Shown piece after piece: positions 17,437-27,385 of a stretch of 64,000 nucleotides of DNA (position 1 is its first letter; every line of letters starts with the position of its first letter). Position numbers and translations under genes: made by a program. The notes under the pieces are model-generated. The model saw only the letters and a program-made list of their open reading frames with translations. It had not been told where the DNA came from and made no database searches. This DNA comes from an uncultured Methanoregulaceae archaeon (GTDB lineage: Archaea > Halobacteriota > Methanomicrobia > Methanomicrobiales > Methanospirillaceae). The stretch covers positions 224,001 to 288,000 of the forward strand of contig CAVTTL010000001.1 in the NCBI GenBank assembly GCA_963737635.1. Direction: 5' to 3'.

Positions 17437-18860
17437 TACCTCTGTCTCCTGAACAACTCTTCCGGGATGCAGTCCATGAGATCGGAGGCGAGCATCCCCT
17501 CGCCCCGCTTCTCCGCCACTCGCTCCCCGGCCCTGCCGGTCACGTATGCCGCAATCCCCGCCGCCTCGAATGCAGGCAGGTGGCAGAGAAGCGCCCCGCA
17601 CACCCCGGCCAGGACATCCCCGGTCCCGCCTACGGTCATGGCAGGATCGCCGGCCCGGTTGAACCGGGTGCGGCGGCCGTCGGTGATGACGTCGACGGGG
17701 CCTTTGAGCAGGATGGTGCCGCCAACCGCTGCCGCCGCTTTCTGTGCCAACCGCGCCCGCCCGCATGCATCCCCGGCGTCTTCCGGAACTACGGTGCCGG
17801 TGATTCGCGCAAATTCCCCGGCATGGGGGGTAAACACGGTTCCGCCGCTGGCCCGCGGTAGGGGCAGCCGGAGGGCATCGGCGTCAAAGACTGCCTTTTT
17901 GCAGTACGGGGCAACCGCGAGGACAACCTCATGGCTCCCGGTGCCGATCCCGTTTCCGCAGACGACCACATCGGCACGCCCTGCAAGCGTGATGAGCTGT
18001 TCCGTGTGTTCCGTACCGATCCGGTCGCCGGGAAGACGCTCATAGATAAGATCAGGGACCGGTTCAAAGACCGGTGACGCGATCCGGACGATATCGGCAC
18101 CCGCGCGGAGCGCCCCCAGACCGGCAAGGTACGGGGCGCCCTGGTACGGCCCGCCGCCGATCACAAGCACCTCGCCTCCCACACCTTTGTGGCTGGTCCG
18201 GCTTCGCACCGGGATGAGACTGAGGTCCCCGGGCCCGGTGCAGATCTCCGCTTCGATCGGGATACCGATATCGGCTACCTCCGATCCCTTCACCTTAGGC
18301 CGGTGGAATGCGCAGATCCGGTCGGCCCGCATCCCAGGAGAAGGGATATCGGCGGCAACGATCTGTGCCGGTGACGCATTCGCCATCGCCACACAGGTGG
18401 CAAGGGGTTCCTTTACGATCCCTTCCGCCCCGGTCCCGAGCAGTGCGTCGACAATAACATCCGCTTTCGCAAAAAGAGGGGCAAGCGCCCGCAGGTCATC
18501 GGTCGACTGGAACGGGTGCAGTGATACCCGGGAGCCCCGGAGCGCAGCCAGCTGATGGGCACAGGAGGGGCTGCGGGTGCCGGCATCGAGATAGCAGACG
18601 GCGGTGTCCACGCCGTGCTGGAGGTACCGGGCAGCCACCATCCCGTCTCCTCCGTTGTTGCCCCGGCCGCAGAGGATAAGGACCGCCGCCGGGCAGAATG
18701 CGAGCACCGACTGCGAAAGGGCCTTTCCTGCACTCTCCATAAGCTGGAGACCGGTAACGCCGAGGGCCTGCGCGTTTTCGTCCACGGCGCGCATCCTTCC
18801 CGGTGTTATCATGCCGGTTTCGAGGAACTCTCCTGCACAATCGTTCAGGTCGGGCTGCAT
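17436..18860 (-). CDS. nnr: Bifunctional NAD(P)H-hydrate epimerase/dehydratase
   Basis: GRGNNGGDG, DALLGTG, TPHAGEF, GGTGDVLAG. Confidence 0.93.
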   Translation of the reverse strand: MQPDLNDCAGEFLETGMITPGRMRAVDENAQALGVTGLQLMESAGKALSQSVLAFCPAAVLILCGRGNNGGDGMVAARYLQHGVDTAVCYLDAGTRSPSCAHQLAALRGSRVSLHPFQSTDDLRALAPLFAKADVIVDALLGTGAEGIVKEPLATCVAMANASPAQIVAADIPSPGMRADRICAFHRPKVKGSEVADIGIPIEAEICTGPGDLSLIPVRSRTSHKGVGGEVLVIGGGPYQGAPYLAGLGALRAGADIVRIASPVFEPVPDLIYERLPGDRIGTEHTEQLITLAGRADVVVCGNGIGTGSHEVVLAVAPYCKKAVFDADALRLPLPRASGGTVFTPHAGEFARITGTVVPEDAGDACGRARLAQKAAAAVGGTILLKGPVDVITDGRRTRFNRAGDPAMTVGGTGDVLAGVCGALLCHLPAFEAAGIAAYVTGRAGERVAEKRGEGMLASDLMDCIPEELFRRQR

Positions 18861-18901
18861 AGGGTACACTTCATCTGTAAGAACTCCATACCTAATAGGC
18901 A

Positions 18902-20301
18902 ATGGGTTTTACTGATGACGTGAAGGCAGCTTCTGAGCAGATCGCGGCTGCACACGAGATTACCATCATCTCCCACATCGATGCCGACGGTATTTCCTGC
19001 GAAGCGATCCTCTCGCAGGCGATCTCCCGGCACGGCATCCCGGTCCGCTCTGTTTTTGTCCGGCAGCTTGAGCCTTTGACCATGCCGCAGGTCCCGGACG
19101 ATGCGTCGTTCAAGGTATTTGCCGATCTCGGCGCCGGCCAGCAGAACCTCCTTGCCGGCGGGGCCTCAGGGAAAAAGATGTGCTGATCGTCGACCATCAC
19201 GTTACCCAGCCCGGTGAGGTTACCTATCCCCAGGTCAACTGCCTCCCGTACGGGTACACGAAGATGAGCGCGGCCGGGGTCGCTTATCTCGTTGCAAAAG
19301 CGATGGACGAGGCAAATATCGATCTCGCGAAGCTTGCGGTGGTAGGGAACGTCGGGGACATGATGGCCCGGGAGACCTGCGGCCTTGTCGGCCCGGCCCG
19401 AGACCTGATCGTGGAAGACGGTATCCGGCACCGGTCGGTGAAAGTCTGCAAAAAAGACCTCAACTGCTATGGCACCGCAACCCGGCCGGTGCATCTCTCG
19501 CTTGCCTACAACGACGATCCATTTATTAAAGGGATCAGCAATAACCCCGAAGGGGCAAAACAATTCTTAAAGAAACTCGGGATCGTCCAACAGACTCCCG
19601 AAGGGCGCTGGTACGTATGGGAGGAACTCGCCGATGACGACCGGCGCACGATCATCTCCGCGCTTGCCGAGCAGCTGATCGCAAACGGGGACAGCGTCGA
19701 CCGGCTCCTCGCTGAGACCTACCGGTTCCCGGACGAGATCCCGCGGACGCCGCTGCGGAACGCACAGGAGTACGCAACGCTCCTGAACGCCTGTGGCCGG
19801 TGGACAAAACCGGCGGTGGGAAGCGCGATCCTCAAAGGCGACCGGGGACCCGCGTACCGGGAGGCGGAACATATGCTCGGGAACCACCGGGCGATCATCC
19901 GGAACCTGCTCCAGTATATCATCGATACCGGAGTCTGTGAACTTGATAACGTCCAGTACATCCACGTGGGAGGAAAATTTCCGGACACCATTGTCGGCAT
20001 CGGTGCCGGAATGGCGCTTTCCAAACTCAACAGCACTAAGCCCATCCTGATCATGTGCGAGGTGCCTGAGGACAAGAACCTCACCAAGGTCTCGATGCGG
20101 ACGACGGAACGGGTCATCGAGCGGGGGATCGATCTCCAGAAGGCCCTCAGCGACGCCTCGGCCGAGTACGGCGGTGGTGGCGGGGGACATAAGATCGCAG
20201 CCGGGGCGTTTATCCCAAAGCCGGCAGAACAGGAGTTTGTCAACCGTGTCAACAGGATACTCGGAGAACAGTTCGCTTCGCAGGGTGCAGCTCATCGCTG
20301 A
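18902..20301 (+). CDS. RecJ-like DHH/DHHA1 phosphoesterase (indel near 19170)
   Basis: HIDADG, DLG, DHH, GGGH..AAGA. Confidence 0.9.
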
Positions 20302-20800
20302 TTACCAGTTCGGGAACCTGGCGGGGACCGGGCTCTTTCCCGAGGGTTGCACGTTCCTGCTCTCGACGACAGGACGGGTCCGGCAGATCCTCTATAACGG
20401 TGTGCGGCTTGCAACAGTCCGTGCTTCTGACGGGAGGCTCACGCTCGGGATGGAAGGGGCACGCCGGCTCCATGCCATTCTCCCGGTGCCCTGCTACCGG
20501 GTCGCGATCCGGGACGATGTCACTTCGTTTGTAGCGCAGGGAAAGAACGCGTTTGCAAAGCATGTCGTCGCGGCTGACCCGCAGATCCGCGCGGGCGATG
20601 ACGTGCTGGTGGTGGCTGGCGGCGATCGGCTTATTGCCTGCGGCGCTGCGCTCCTTTCGGGCGCGGAGATGCTCGCATTTAATTACGGTGCAGCGGTAAG
20701 AGTACGGCAGGGGAGTGAGAAGAATGCTTCCGGGAAACATCAATCCACGCCAGATGAAGGCGATGATGAAGAAGCTGGGCATGCAGGTCGACCAGATTGA
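20237..20800 (+). CDS. PUA-domain protein (archaeosine tRNA-guanine transglycosylase C-terminal-like)
   Basis: IADYQFG...GKNAFAKHVVAADPQIRAGD; both ends uncertain. Confidence 0.8.
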   Translation: MSTVSTGYSENSSLRRVQLIADYQFGNLAGTGLFPEGCTFLLSTTGRVRQILYNGVRLATVRASDGRLTLGMEGARRLHAILPVPCYRVAIRDDVTSFVAQGKNAFAKHVVAADPQIRAGDDVLVVAGGDRLIACGAALLSGAEMLAFNYGAAVRVRQGSEKNASGKHQSTPDEGDDEEAGHAGRPD

Positions 20801-21065
20801 AGATGTCCAGAGTATCGTCATAAAAACACCCAAAGGTAACTGGGTCTTCGGGCCGTCTGAAGTGACCGCGATGTCCATGCAGGGGGTCACGTCCTACCAG
20901 ATAACGGGTACCCCGACGTTCGAGGAAGCGGCCGTCGAGATCCCGGCCGAGGATATCGCTATGGTTGCCGAGCAGGCGCAGGTACCGGCCGAGAAAGCAA
21001 AGGCAGCGCTCGTCGCATCCAAAGGCGACATTGCCGAAGCGATCCTGAAACTCTCCTCGCCATGA
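20724..21065 (+). CDS. nac: Nascent polypeptide-associated complex protein
   Basis: NPRQMKAMMKKLG...UBA-like GDIAEAIL. Confidence 0.92.
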   Translation: MLPGNINPRQMKAMMKKLGMQVDQIEDVQSIVIKTPKGNWVFGPSEVTAMSMQGVTSYQITGTPTFEEAAVEIPAEDIAMVAEQAQVPAEKAKAALVASKGDIAEAILKLSSP

Positions 21066-21787
21066 TTGAGGCAGGGGACCGCGTCCTTTTAGTCGGTGAG
21101 GGCAGGGAATTTTTCACCCGGGCAGGCCCAGGTATGCTCTCAACCGACAAGGGCCAGCTCGATCTTGGGCAACTCGTCGGGGCATCGGCCGGTGATATAT
21201 TTACCACGCACACTGGGACGCAGTTCGTGCTCCGCATCCCCCGGCCCACGGATTTTTTTGTGCACGGTAAGCGCTCCGGCGCCCCGATGCTGCCAAAAGA
21301 CATCGGCCTTGTTATTGCCTATACCGGCATGAACCGACACGACGAAGTTCTCGATGCAGGAACGGGGAGCGGGATTGCGGCGATCTACTTTGGCGGGATT
21401 GCAGCGCACGTAACGACGTACGAGATCAGGCCGGACTTCTCGGCGCTGGCGGCAAAGAATATCAAGGAGGCCAAGCTCGACAACGTAGAAGCGATTGCCG
21501 CCGATGTCCTTGCCGCTGAAGGGACCTATGATGTCATCCATCTTGATTTGCAGATCGCCACAGAGCACGTGGCCTTTGCATACGATCATCTCCGGGCTGG
21601 GGAGTACCTTGCCTGCTATACGCCGTTTCTGGAACAGATGGCCATTGTCGTCGATGCGGCACAGGCTCGGTTCCCCGAGGTTCATACCCACGAGCTCATA
21701 GAACGCGAGATGACCCGGTCCAAACGCGGGACCCGGCCCTCGACCAGCGTGAGCCACTCAGGGTACATTACGATAGCACGGAAATAG
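21062..21787 (+). CDS. trmI: tRNA (adenine57/58-N1)-methyltransferase
   Basis: PKDIG, DAGTGSG, YTPFLEQ, HSGY. Confidence 0.9.
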   Translation: MIEAGDRVLLVGEGREFFTRAGPGMLSTDKGQLDLGQLVGASAGDIFTTHTGTQFVLRIPRPTDFFVHGKRSGAPMLPKDIGLVIAYTGMNRHDEVLDAGTGSGIAAIYFGGIAAHVTTYEIRPDFSALAAKNIKEAKLDNVEAIAADVLAAEGTYDVIHLDLQIATEHVAFAYDHLRAGEYLACYTPFLEQMAIVVDAAQARFPEVHTHELIEREMTRSKRGTRPSTSVSHSGYITIARK

Positions 21788-21850
21788 GCGCCATTTACGG
21801 GGAAGCCGTAATATTAAAAAAGACCATAAGCATTTTAGACTCGGAAACGA

Positions 21851-22201
21851 TTACCCGGAATCGGGAGCGAACAATTCAGAAACCAGATCCCGGATTTCCT
21901 GCATCTTTTCCTGCCTGACGACACCGATGGTATCGCAGATCAGTTCTTTCTCTAAGGCATAGATCCCGTCAGCCTGCACAAAACTGGGACGATCGAGAGG
22001 ATCCTTCCTGGAGATCTTTGTTTGCCAGGCTGGCCGCCATCATCTTTGGTTTCCGGGTGGTGATCTTTGCGACATCACATCACGGTATATCCTGTTATAC
22101 CCGGAATTGCTCACTACAAGCGCCGGGCGTACCTTGGACTGGATCTGGTCTGAATAGGTAAAATCCACAAGGACGATGGTTCCCTGTGCCGGATCATTCA
22201 T
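21851..22201 (-). pseudogene. MazF/PemK toxin with two indels (not in ORF track)
   Basis: Manual translation MNDPAQGTIVLVDFTYSD...KVRPALVVSN...AKITT...SFVQADGIYALEK...IG. Confidence 0.75.
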
Positions 22202-22409
22202 GCGCTAACCGGTTCTTCGCGTAATCCTTCCAGGCATCATCCGGGTTATCGTAATCGACCTCAATCTTTGCCTTCCGGAAGATGATCCTATCCTTATCTG
22301 AGGAAATGGTCAGGTAATCCCCGTCACGGATATCGAGATCTGTCCGGATCTTCTTCGGGAGGGTGATGAGTCCTTTTGATGAGACCTTAACAAGAGTCGT
22401 GTCAGGCAT
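22194..22409 (-). CDS. AbrB/MazE-family antitoxin
   Basis: VKVSSKGLITLPKKIRTDLDIRDGD; overlaps the toxin start. Confidence 0.85.
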   Translation of the reverse strand: MPDTTLVKVSSKGLITLPKKIRTDLDIRDGDYLTISSDKDRIIFRKAKIEVDYDNPDDAWKDYAKNRLAHE

Positions 22410-22832
22410 ATGCACTACAACTTAGAATATAAAATTCTTATATTATCTGTGTTGCGGGTGAAGAAGTATCGTGATCGACCGGCAATGGCGAAAAATACTA
22501 AGGCACGATCGTGTGACCGGTCTTTTTGAAAATTTCCGCTCTTTTTTTTCCAACTTCCTGCGCTTTATATCTCCTTTCGGCCAAGCAGTGGATCAGCGAA
22601 ATAAACAAACCGGAGGAACAAACGATGACCGCTCATGTCATACTACCGATCCCGGATGGAACAGAACACGGACAGCTGAAGATCCCCTTTGTCATTCACC
22701 TGGCATGCATCCTGCTCCTCGTGGTGATTACGCTCTGCACCGGCCCGCTCGCCGTATACTTTGCGTAGGGCCGGCTCACAGGAACATACTCTCTTTTTTC
22801 CCGAGGGGAGCGTGCAAAAGCCGGAAATGCGT

Positions 22833-24578
22833 TTACAAAAAGGTGAGCGGGTGGAGGTCGCACTGTGCGGATGCATGCGTTTTGATGCGCCGGATGAGGG
22901 AGAGTTCGGTTGCAAGGCCCAGGTCCCGGGAAAATTGCTCAGCCTGCGCCAGCTTGTCTGCCGTATCCGCGTACTTGTCCGGGAACTCGTCTGCTATCGA
23001 ATGGTAGAGCAGCGCTTCGGCAATAAAACACTGCGCAATCCCCCACTTTGAACCGATCTGGCAGAATATGGCAAACGCGTTGCCAAATTTTGCGTCTATG
23101 TCCCGGGGGAGCGGCTTTTTGAATTGTTGTGAGGCAATGCGTGCGAGTTCACATTCGCCAATGAGGGCAGAAGCAAACCGGCTGATGCTCCTGATCCGCT
23201 GTGCAGCAGTCTTTGCTTCCTCGTACAAGCCTGCGGCCTGAGCGAGGTAACGATCAGCAGTGGGCCCGGTGCTGGAACAGGCACAGGCCCGGGCCAATTC
23301 GGCCTGTTCCGGCAGAAGTGCGGCCCGGCCCCGGAAGAGATCGTCCCGGTAGATCGCGTCTGCGGCATCGTAGCATTCGCGGGCCCGATCAAACTCCCCG
23401 GAGAGCCGGTGGAGTGTTCCCATCCTGCGCAGGATGTCGCCCCGGAGTTCCTCTACGTCGGGGTTGTGGCGGTCAGGATCAGCTTTTTGGGCGAATCCCA
23501 ACGCACGGGGGAACCGGGTTGAGGCAGGGGCCATATTCCCGCAGATCAGCTCTATTTCACCTGCCCCGAACAGGTTCTTTGCCTGTGCAAACGGGCCGAA
23601 AGCCTCATTCCGGGCACCGGCAAGGAACGCTTCCTTTGCACCGGCAAAATCGTTGAGATGAAGGAGGATACTGCCACGCGAGATCCGGGTATCGGCAAGG
23701 ATCGCTGCCGGGTCAAGTCCCCGGGATTCTGCAAGCCCGATCCCACGGTTAAATATCCCGGACGCTGGCTCATACAGGTCAAGGCTCTGGAAGAACTGCG
23801 CGTACCAGAAGAAGAACCGTATTTCATGCTCGCCGGGAGGTGCGGTGGCAACAAATCGAAGGAAATCCCGTGCAAGCGATCCATCGATGTCACTTGCCGG
23901 GACCGTGCCAAAAAAGATATCCGCATAGATCCCTTCGAGATAGTCCCCCAGTGCAGCCGGGTCGCCGATGCGTTTCTGGAAGGCCTCATAGGCAGCTTCG
24001 ACCTCGTGACTGCGTTTCGTTCGTTCGCCAATGGTGGAGATTACCCGGGGCTGGACTGGTTCCGGCGTCTCCTGTGCCGTGTTCCGTGCAATCTCGCCAA
24101 GAAGGACCTTGAGATCGAGAAGTCCCCCGGAGGGGTTGTCCCTGCACCTCATGCGGATATAGCGGTTGAAGAGCCAGGAACGGCTGATGAAATAGTACGG
24201 GTTTGTCCGCTCGGCGCCGGCCCGGGCAAGGATGCCCCGGGTAATAAGCAAATCGAGGCGTTTCCTGAGCGCGGACTCGGATATGGCGTGATCCTTCTGC
24301 CCGGCCCCGGCACCGTGTGGGGCGTTGATGAGGGAAAGGATCTGCCGGATTTTCAGGGGGCCGTCGTACAGTGCAAGGAGCGTTTCTTTCGCGGCCCCGG
24401 AGAGCTCAGGCTCCTCGTTTACGATCTGCCTGAACAAAATCCGGTCCGGATACATCATATCTTGAGGATTGTTGGAGCGACTCCGGTCATATAGGTTCCG
24501 GATTGGCGTTGGCGAGGTGCCCCGGTACAACATGTGCAACAGTTGGAAAAAAATACCGTCCTTTTTGCCCGGTTCCAC
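22833..24578 (-). CDS. N-terminal winged-helix plus C-terminal TPR-like protein
   Basis: ISESALRKRLDLLITRGIL helix-turn-helix; Ala-rich helical repeats (LRRMGTLHRLSGEFDRARECY). Confidence 0.7.
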   Translation of the reverse strand: MEPGKKDGIFFQLLHMLYRGTSPTPIRNLYDRSRSNNPQDMMYPDRILFRQIVNEEPELSGAAKETLLALYDGPLKIRQILSLINAPHGAGAGQKDHAISESALRKRLDLLITRGILARAGAERTNPYYFISRSWLFNRYIRMRCRDNPSGGLLDLKVLLGEIARNTAQETPEPVQPRVISTIGERTKRSHEVEAAYEAFQKRIGDPAALGDYLEGIYADIFFGTVPASDIDGSLARDFLRFVATAPPGEHEIRFFFWYAQFFQSLDLYEPASGIFNRGIGLAESRGLDPAAILADTRISRGSILLHLNDFAGAKEAFLAGARNEAFGPFAQAKNLFGAGEIELICGNMAPASTRFPRALGFAQKADPDRHNPDVEELRGDILRRMGTLHRLSGEFDRARECYDAADAIYRDDLFRGRAALLPEQAELARACACSSTGPTADRYLAQAAGLYEEAKTAAQRIRSISRFASALIGECELARIASQQFKKPLPRDIDAKFGNAFAIFCQIGSKWGIAQCFIAEALLYHSIADEFPDKYADTADKLAQAEQFSRDLGLATELSLIRRIKTHASAQCDLHPLTFL

Positions 24579-24955
24579 TACCTTATATGCTACGGGGGCA
24601 GACCTATAAAACAGGCCTGGAAGATCACAGGCACGCTAAGAAACGGGGAAGAACCGGAAACCCTCTCCCGGGCAAGCCTCCTCCAAAGCCCCATACCTGG
24701 CAAACGGCACCCCGTTTCTTCTTGGCACTTTTTTGAAATCGGGTTCTGTTAATTTGTTAGGGGATCACCAACTTTCCCAATCCTGAAAAAATATACGATC
24801 CCTCAGCAAGGTAACAGAACTACTAAAATCAACTAATATCTACTAAATTAGTAGTTCACCCGAGTGACAGGAGTGACATAAACTCTAAAATTTTAGAATT
24901 TGCGTTTTCCTTTGATAACAATCAACTGCTAGGATATCCGGTTGATCGTAGTGTT

Positions 24956-26239
24956 TTATTTACCGTTCTTGTTCATTCGAAATGCCCCGACAGGCACCCC
25001 AATCTCGAACCGACTTCCCATCCCGACTTGGCCGTTCTCACATATGGAAATACCCGTCATCGCAAGAATACTCTTGATCAGAAACAGCCCAAGACCAGTA
25101 TTCTGCCCAAATCCCCGTTGGAAGATCTTCTCCTTGTTCTCCTCAGTCACTCCCTGCCCGTTATCTTCGCATACCAGCAAGAGACGGTCGGGCTCCTCTG
25201 TTGCGGAGAACCGGATCTCCGGATGAGAGCCCGAATATCTCACCGCGTTTTCAAGAAGGTTGAAGAACACTTTCTCCAGCAATGGATCCGCATAGATTTC
25301 CCATTTACTGCAAGAATCGTCAATAGTCACTGAAGCGAGTTTCAATGGCATCCGAGCTCTCAGAATCGTCTGAGAAATATTCTGCCACTGCGGCGATTCA
25401 ATTCCGATATTTTGGTAATCCCGGGCAAAAAGAATCTGAGCCTGGATGGTGTCGATAACACCTTCACTTTTCAGCAGATATTTTTTCGTCACTGGTTCTT
25501 CTGATTGTTTGCCGGCAAGACTAAGGAACGAGCTCAAGGCGGACAGTTGGTTAAGAATGTCGTGATGGGTGATTTCATTCATCAGGTTGAGTTTACGGTT
25601 CGTAGCCTCGATATTTTTCTCAGCGAGTTTCTGCGGCGTGATATCCGAAGAGATTATCGTGACTGCAATAACCTCGTTGATCGACGCGTCAACGACAGGG
25701 TTCAGTTTGCGCAGAAAATACCGGCCGTCGTGCTCATATTCATCCTGGACCAAACGCTTGGTTTCCAGGACTTTTTTTAGCTGATCTTCAAAGATCTTCG
25801 TCTCTTCAGCGGAATGGAAATCTGCGTATTTTTTACCCGCGTACGTCTGCGACGAGAGGCCCTTACGATCGAGGTGCTTGTCATTGATCAGGAGATACCG
25901 GCCATCGCGATCCACCGTGTAGATCGAATCTTCAACCGACTCAATGAATGAACGGATCTGCATATCGGATTTCCGCAGGTTCTCTTTTGTTTCTTCCTGC
26001 AATCGGAGCGCCTCTCTTGTCTTCTGCTGCTGGATATACGAAGTTCGGAGGGGGAAATACATCAGAACAACCGCCAGGACACTGGTAAAAATAATGGTGA
26101 TTACGTGGGATTCCCAAAGAGTAATCGCCGGGTTTAGCACCTGCTTTCCAAATTCAAAGAGAAACATAATGCCCAGCATCGACAGAAAAACCAGAGCCAG
26201 GACTGGATATAATGATTTTAGTTCGTTTCTTTGGGACAT
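24956..26239 (-). CDS. Membrane PAS-domain histidine kinase
   Basis: Two TMs, PAS, HDILN H-box, NLLENA, DNG.G, GLGL. Confidence 0.92.
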   Translation of the reverse strand: MSQRNELKSLYPVLALVFLSMLGIMFLFEFGKQVLNPAITLWESHVITIIFTSVLAVVLMYFPLRTSYIQQQKTREALRLQEETKENLRKSDMQIRSFIESVEDSIYTVDRDGRYLLINDKHLDRKGLSSQTYAGKKYADFHSAEETKIFEDQLKKVLETKRLVQDEYEHDGRYFLRKLNPVVDASINEVIAVTIISSDITPQKLAEKNIEATNRKLNLMNEITHHDILNQLSALSSFLSLAGKQSEEPVTKKYLLKSEGVIDTIQAQILFARDYQNIGIESPQWQNISQTILRARMPLKLASVTIDDSCSKWEIYADPLLEKVFFNLLENAVRYSGSHPEIRFSATEEPDRLLLVCEDNGQGVTEENKEKIFQRGFGQNTGLGLFLIKSILAMTGISICENGQVGMGSRFEIGVPVGAFRMNKNGK

Positions 26240-26976
26240 ATTGCGTATTATTATGGGGATGCCGGCACGATAAAAGAATCAGTGAAACGGAGGCTTCTGG
26301 GGGGTTTTCGGGACGTTTACATAGTCAACGTTTTCGGTAACGATTATACCATTTTTCGGTAAGTCCCGTTAACGCGACAGCGCCCACAAACTATCCTCGT
26401 TCAGATCCGGTTTCCGAGGCGGATTTTTTTCCAGAGGGATACGAGACAGGAGAACTCTTCGAAATTTGGATTTCACTTCATTTCCATTAATGGAAATTAA
26501 ACGGAAAAAAACGATTCGGGAAAAATAAATAGTCGATAACACGATCTTTTGGGATCGCTACGGAGGGTTAATATTTAAGATAACATCCCCGCAGTTTCCG
26601 AACGAGGGAAAACTGAATTAGTGCCTCATGTTCCCTTTCTTTTCTGATGCCATACATAATATCCCGGATGGTGGGCAGGGTCTCCTTGACACCGGCGTTC
26701 TCCTTTCAGGATTGGGGCTTGTGCAATAGTCCTGTCACCATCAGAATTTACGTGGCCATTCATTTTTCTCATCCTTAGAATATCGTCCCCGGGACCTCCT
26801 GTTGGACATGGGTACCTTTCCAAACTCAGACTGGCTTTTTTTTCCAAGAATGCAAGGCGAGAGGGTAGATGCATACATCTTGATTTGAGATCCCCGCCCC
26901 ATGCCGTTGGTCTATGCGGGTTTAACGTTCCGGATTAGTCATGATGGACATTTTCAAATCTCAAAAATACATAGAA

Positions 26977-27372
26977 TCACCCATTCCTGTTCGATGACGA
27001 CTGTATCGCCATCCGGATCACGTTCACCAGATGGTTGATCTGCTTTCCTACGTCGTGGTGTTTGGAAAGGGTGCCAAAGCACCCATACATTGCAGCAGTT
27101 CGAGCGAGTTCTTCGATATTCTCCACACCGGAAAAAAGAATAAATGGCGTAAGATCTCCCCGGGACCTGAGGATTTTCAGAAATTCAAGGCCGTTCATCT
27201 CCGGCATATCATAGTCTGAAACAATGGCATCAGCAGGGGTGAACGTAAGCCATTCAAGTGCTTCTTTTACGGACGAGAGGGTATAGATATGTATCCCGTA
27301 CTTATGAGACAGAATATGGCAGACCATTGAGGCTACGGCCGGATCATCCTCAACGTAGACCACCGATACCAT
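26977..27372 (-). CDS. Single-domain response regulator
   Basis: VEDD, SDYDMPEMNG, LSK. Confidence 0.9.
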   Translation of the reverse strand: MVSVVYVEDDPAVASMVCHILSHKYGIHIYTLSSVKEALEWLTFTPADAIVSDYDMPEMNGLEFLKILRSRGDLTPFILFSGVENIEELARTAAMYGCFGTLSKHHDVGKQINHLVNVIRMAIQSSSNRNG

Positions 27373-27385
27373 GCAAGCACTTCAC

